64,000 bases of DNA, taken from contig CP089279.1 in the NCBI GenBank assembly GCA_023920165.1, positions 744,001 to 808,000 on the forward strand, read 5' to 3'. Positions 61,706 to 64,000 of this stretch are shown here, one piece after another (position 1 is the first letter of the stretch; each line of letters starts with the position of its first letter). The translations under genes were made by a program, and so were the position numbers. The notes beneath the pieces were generated by a model. The model was given only the letters and a program-made list of their open reading frames with translations, was not told where the DNA came from and made no database searches. The DNA comes from Curvularia clavata. Its lineage: Eukaryota.

Positions 61706-62257
61706 TTATTCTGAATCATCCTCCTGATACCGCCTAGCCTCTTTGGCCTTCTCAAGTTTCTCCTCATCCTCGGCTTCTCTCTTTGCAAGGCTCTCGCGCA
61801 TCCTTTCCTCTTGTTTCCTCCAGTGGCTACCTTCCTCGTAGTCTTCGCTGATGCCCAGCGCTTTGCGCAGTCTCTCGCTCTCCTCCATCTTTGCCTTGGC
61901 TAGGTCGTGGACTTGATGTGATTTGAGCCGCTTTGCATTTGGGCCCAAGTCTCTGCTATCTTTGCGTTCTTGGTCTAGTTTGCGACGCAATGCTTCGCAC
62001 TGGTCGTCAATTTCGTCTTCGTCGACCCCTTCTTCTTCCAGCTTGTCTCGCAACTCAAGGACCTTAACCTCAATTTCTCGCTTGGCCTCATGCTCGAGGA
62101 TCTCGGCGTCTGGTTGTCGTGGGCGGTATTTGGCTTGGTCCCAGTCCTTTGGGTAAGGCTGAACCTTGTCGCGTGGTTTGAGGAGTGACCGGTTTTTCTG
62201 TACATAGCCCGAGGTGCCACTGCCTCGTGGCGTGGAAAGGCCTACGTTGTCGGCCAT
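61706..62257 (-). CDS. CWC21: Pre-mRNA splicing factor Cwc21
   Basis: NVGLSTPRGSGTSGYVQKN; EILEHEAKREIEVKVLELRDKLEEEG. Confidence 0.95.
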   Translation of the reverse strand: MADNVGLSTPRGSGTSGYVQKNRSLLKPRDKVQPYPKDWDQAKYRPRQPDAEILEHEAKREIEVKVLELRDKLEEEGVDEDEIDDQCEALRRKLDQERKDSRDLGPNAKRLKSHQVHDLAKAKMEESERLRKALGISEDYEEGSHWRKQEERMRESLAKREAEDEEKLEKAKEARRYQEDDSE

Positions 62258-62527
62258 GATTTGCGATGTGGTCTTGGTCGAGAAGTTTGTATTAGGGTGG
62301 TTAAGACACTGGCCAGGATGGCTGCTAGGCTGCGGAGAGTTCGGAGGTGAGGCATGGTCCAAGCTTGGAGGGCGTGGCGTCCCAGCGCCGGTGGTGACGG
62401 AATTCCCGTTGCCCCACCAAAACTTTTGGTCCGATGTGAAGACTCACGCAGCAATGGAGTCACCACTCTGCCTGGTGCATGTCCACCATTGCCTCAAATA
62501 TATTCCTACATCCATAGACCTACCACC

Positions 62528-63815
62528 ATGAGCGCACAGGAAATAGCAAGCGACAGCGCCTCTGCTGGGCCTGTTGAGATGGGGTACACAGAGTTGCCTT
62601 TTCCCCCAGTCACCAAGCAGCATATCTTGAACTGCTCCTACCATAGTTGGCACCCCAAGTCAGTCAGCCCCTGCCGTCTGCTACTTTATCCATTCTCATA
62701 CTGCCAGATATCGCGCAGTAACGCCCAAGGCACGCCTCGTTCCTCTCCCACCCGCCTTCCTCGAATACCTCCGCTCAGATGGCATCGTCTTGCCTCCCGA
62801 AGACCGCGACGACCCTTCGTGGTCAGACAACGACAGTGGAATCTTCTCTGGCGCTGATAACAATGAAGACGACGCTGAGGAGAGCCTAGATCCTAGCGCC
62901 GAGTGGCGCGATACTCACGAAGCTATTGAGCGCACCATTGAGGAGCTGGGCGGTAGAGTTGCACCCAAGCTCAACTGGAGTGCGCCCAAGGATGCGACGT
63001 GGATAGCGGCAACCAACAGCATGGAATGTCGGACACCAAACGACATCTACCTACTCTTGAAATCCAGTGATTTTGTCACACATGACCTCGCTCATGCCTT
63101 TGACGATACAGCCGATGAATCCACAACACCAGACCCCGCGATACCGTACCATCTTGTGCTACGCAAGTGGATTACCCTCAACCCCAGTGTTGAGTTCCGA
63201 TGCTTTGTGCGCAACCGAAGGCTGATTGCCCTATGTCAGCGCGACCTGAATCACTTTGACTTTTTGTTCAACATGCAGGACAAGCTGCGAGACACGATCC
63301 AGGCCTTTTTCGACGCAAAGCTGCGCGACACATTCCCGGACCCAAACTTTACCTTTGACGTCTACGTTCCGCCACCGCACGACAAAGTCTGGGTAGTCGA
63401 CTTCAATCCATGGGCTGTACGGACAGATCCCCTGATCTTTTCGTGGATGGAGCTGCTCACCATGGAGGTACCCGAGCCAGCATCGACCGGGGAAACAACA
63501 GTGCGTCTGAAAATAGCTCAGCCTGGGGACAAGAGCGACACAGTTCCCGCAGCTCCTGAAGAACCAGAACAAAATGATAGCTCGGATGATGATGATATCG
63601 AGGAGGTATGGCAACCCGAATTCCGGCTGGTAAGGAGAGACGACCCAGAAGCATACGGTTTCACAACTCCACAATATAGCGCTCATAAACTACCCAAAGA
63701 TGTGGTAGACGCGAGCAGAGGAGGCGAAGGACAGATGCGAGAGTTCGCCATGCAGTGGGAGCAGGCTCAGAAGTTGGCGGAGCAACAGAGAGCAGAAGAC
63801 AGCGAGGACGACTAG
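62528..63815 (+). CDS. CDC123: Cdc123/D123 eIF2 assembly factor (ATP-grasp)
   Basis: [34 protein letters not shown] and DFNPW motifs; intron 62659-62707. Confidence 0.95.
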
Positions 63816-64000
63816 ACTGGGGCAGTAGTGGGTCGTGTTACAGCTATCGACAAACAAACATTAGTCGAGCAGAACAACACATGCGCCGGCAAAATGACTA
63901 CTGCTTTTGTCTTGTGAAGAGTCATTACCTCTTACAGCTTGGCGCATGTAAACACCAGCTGGTGTTGCGTGATTGGGCATCCGGGCCATGTGCGCTGAGG

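Noticed and set aside
1..64000. Transposons, CRISPR arrays, rRNA, prokaryotic operons
   Set aside because: I saw no transposase/RT motifs, LTRs/TIRs, spaced repeats or rRNA sequence; the DNA is eukaryotic with spliceosomal introns.

Overview
Gene-dense, intron-containing region of a filamentous ascomycete genome (short GT-AG introns with CTRAC branch sites; protein style suggests Dothideomycetes/Pleosporales, by inference). It holds about 25 protein-coding genes, mostly housekeeping, and one intron-containing tRNA-Lys(CTT). In order: TOM5 (missed by the ORF track), a GH55 exo-beta-1,3-glucanase, IWS1, PCF11, an AIM32/APD1-type ferredoxin, mitochondrial LeuRS, an amino acid permease, an orphan 7-TM protein, SER1, LYS4, a hypothetical protein, GGC1, YPT1/Rab1, four MFS transporters (spread through the second half), EDE1, a C6orf136-like protein, a bacterial-like NAD-dependent epimerase, COG1, ABZ1, a CYC2-like reductase, a Pho4-like bHLH, CWC21 and CDC123. 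I found no transposon, CRISPR array or secondary-metabolite cluster. The most interesting signals are in splicing. (1) The first intron of YPT1 is best explained as a nested spliceosomal twin intron (stwintron, [D3,4] geometry): removing an inner intron builds the GTGAGT donor of the outer one, and the other canonical splice routes give an immediate TGA. (2) The unusually long last intron of SER1 carries a second branch point and acceptor enclosed in a long stem-loop, a candidate structure-controlled unproductive splicing switch. Gene identities come from remembered family motifs, not database searches.
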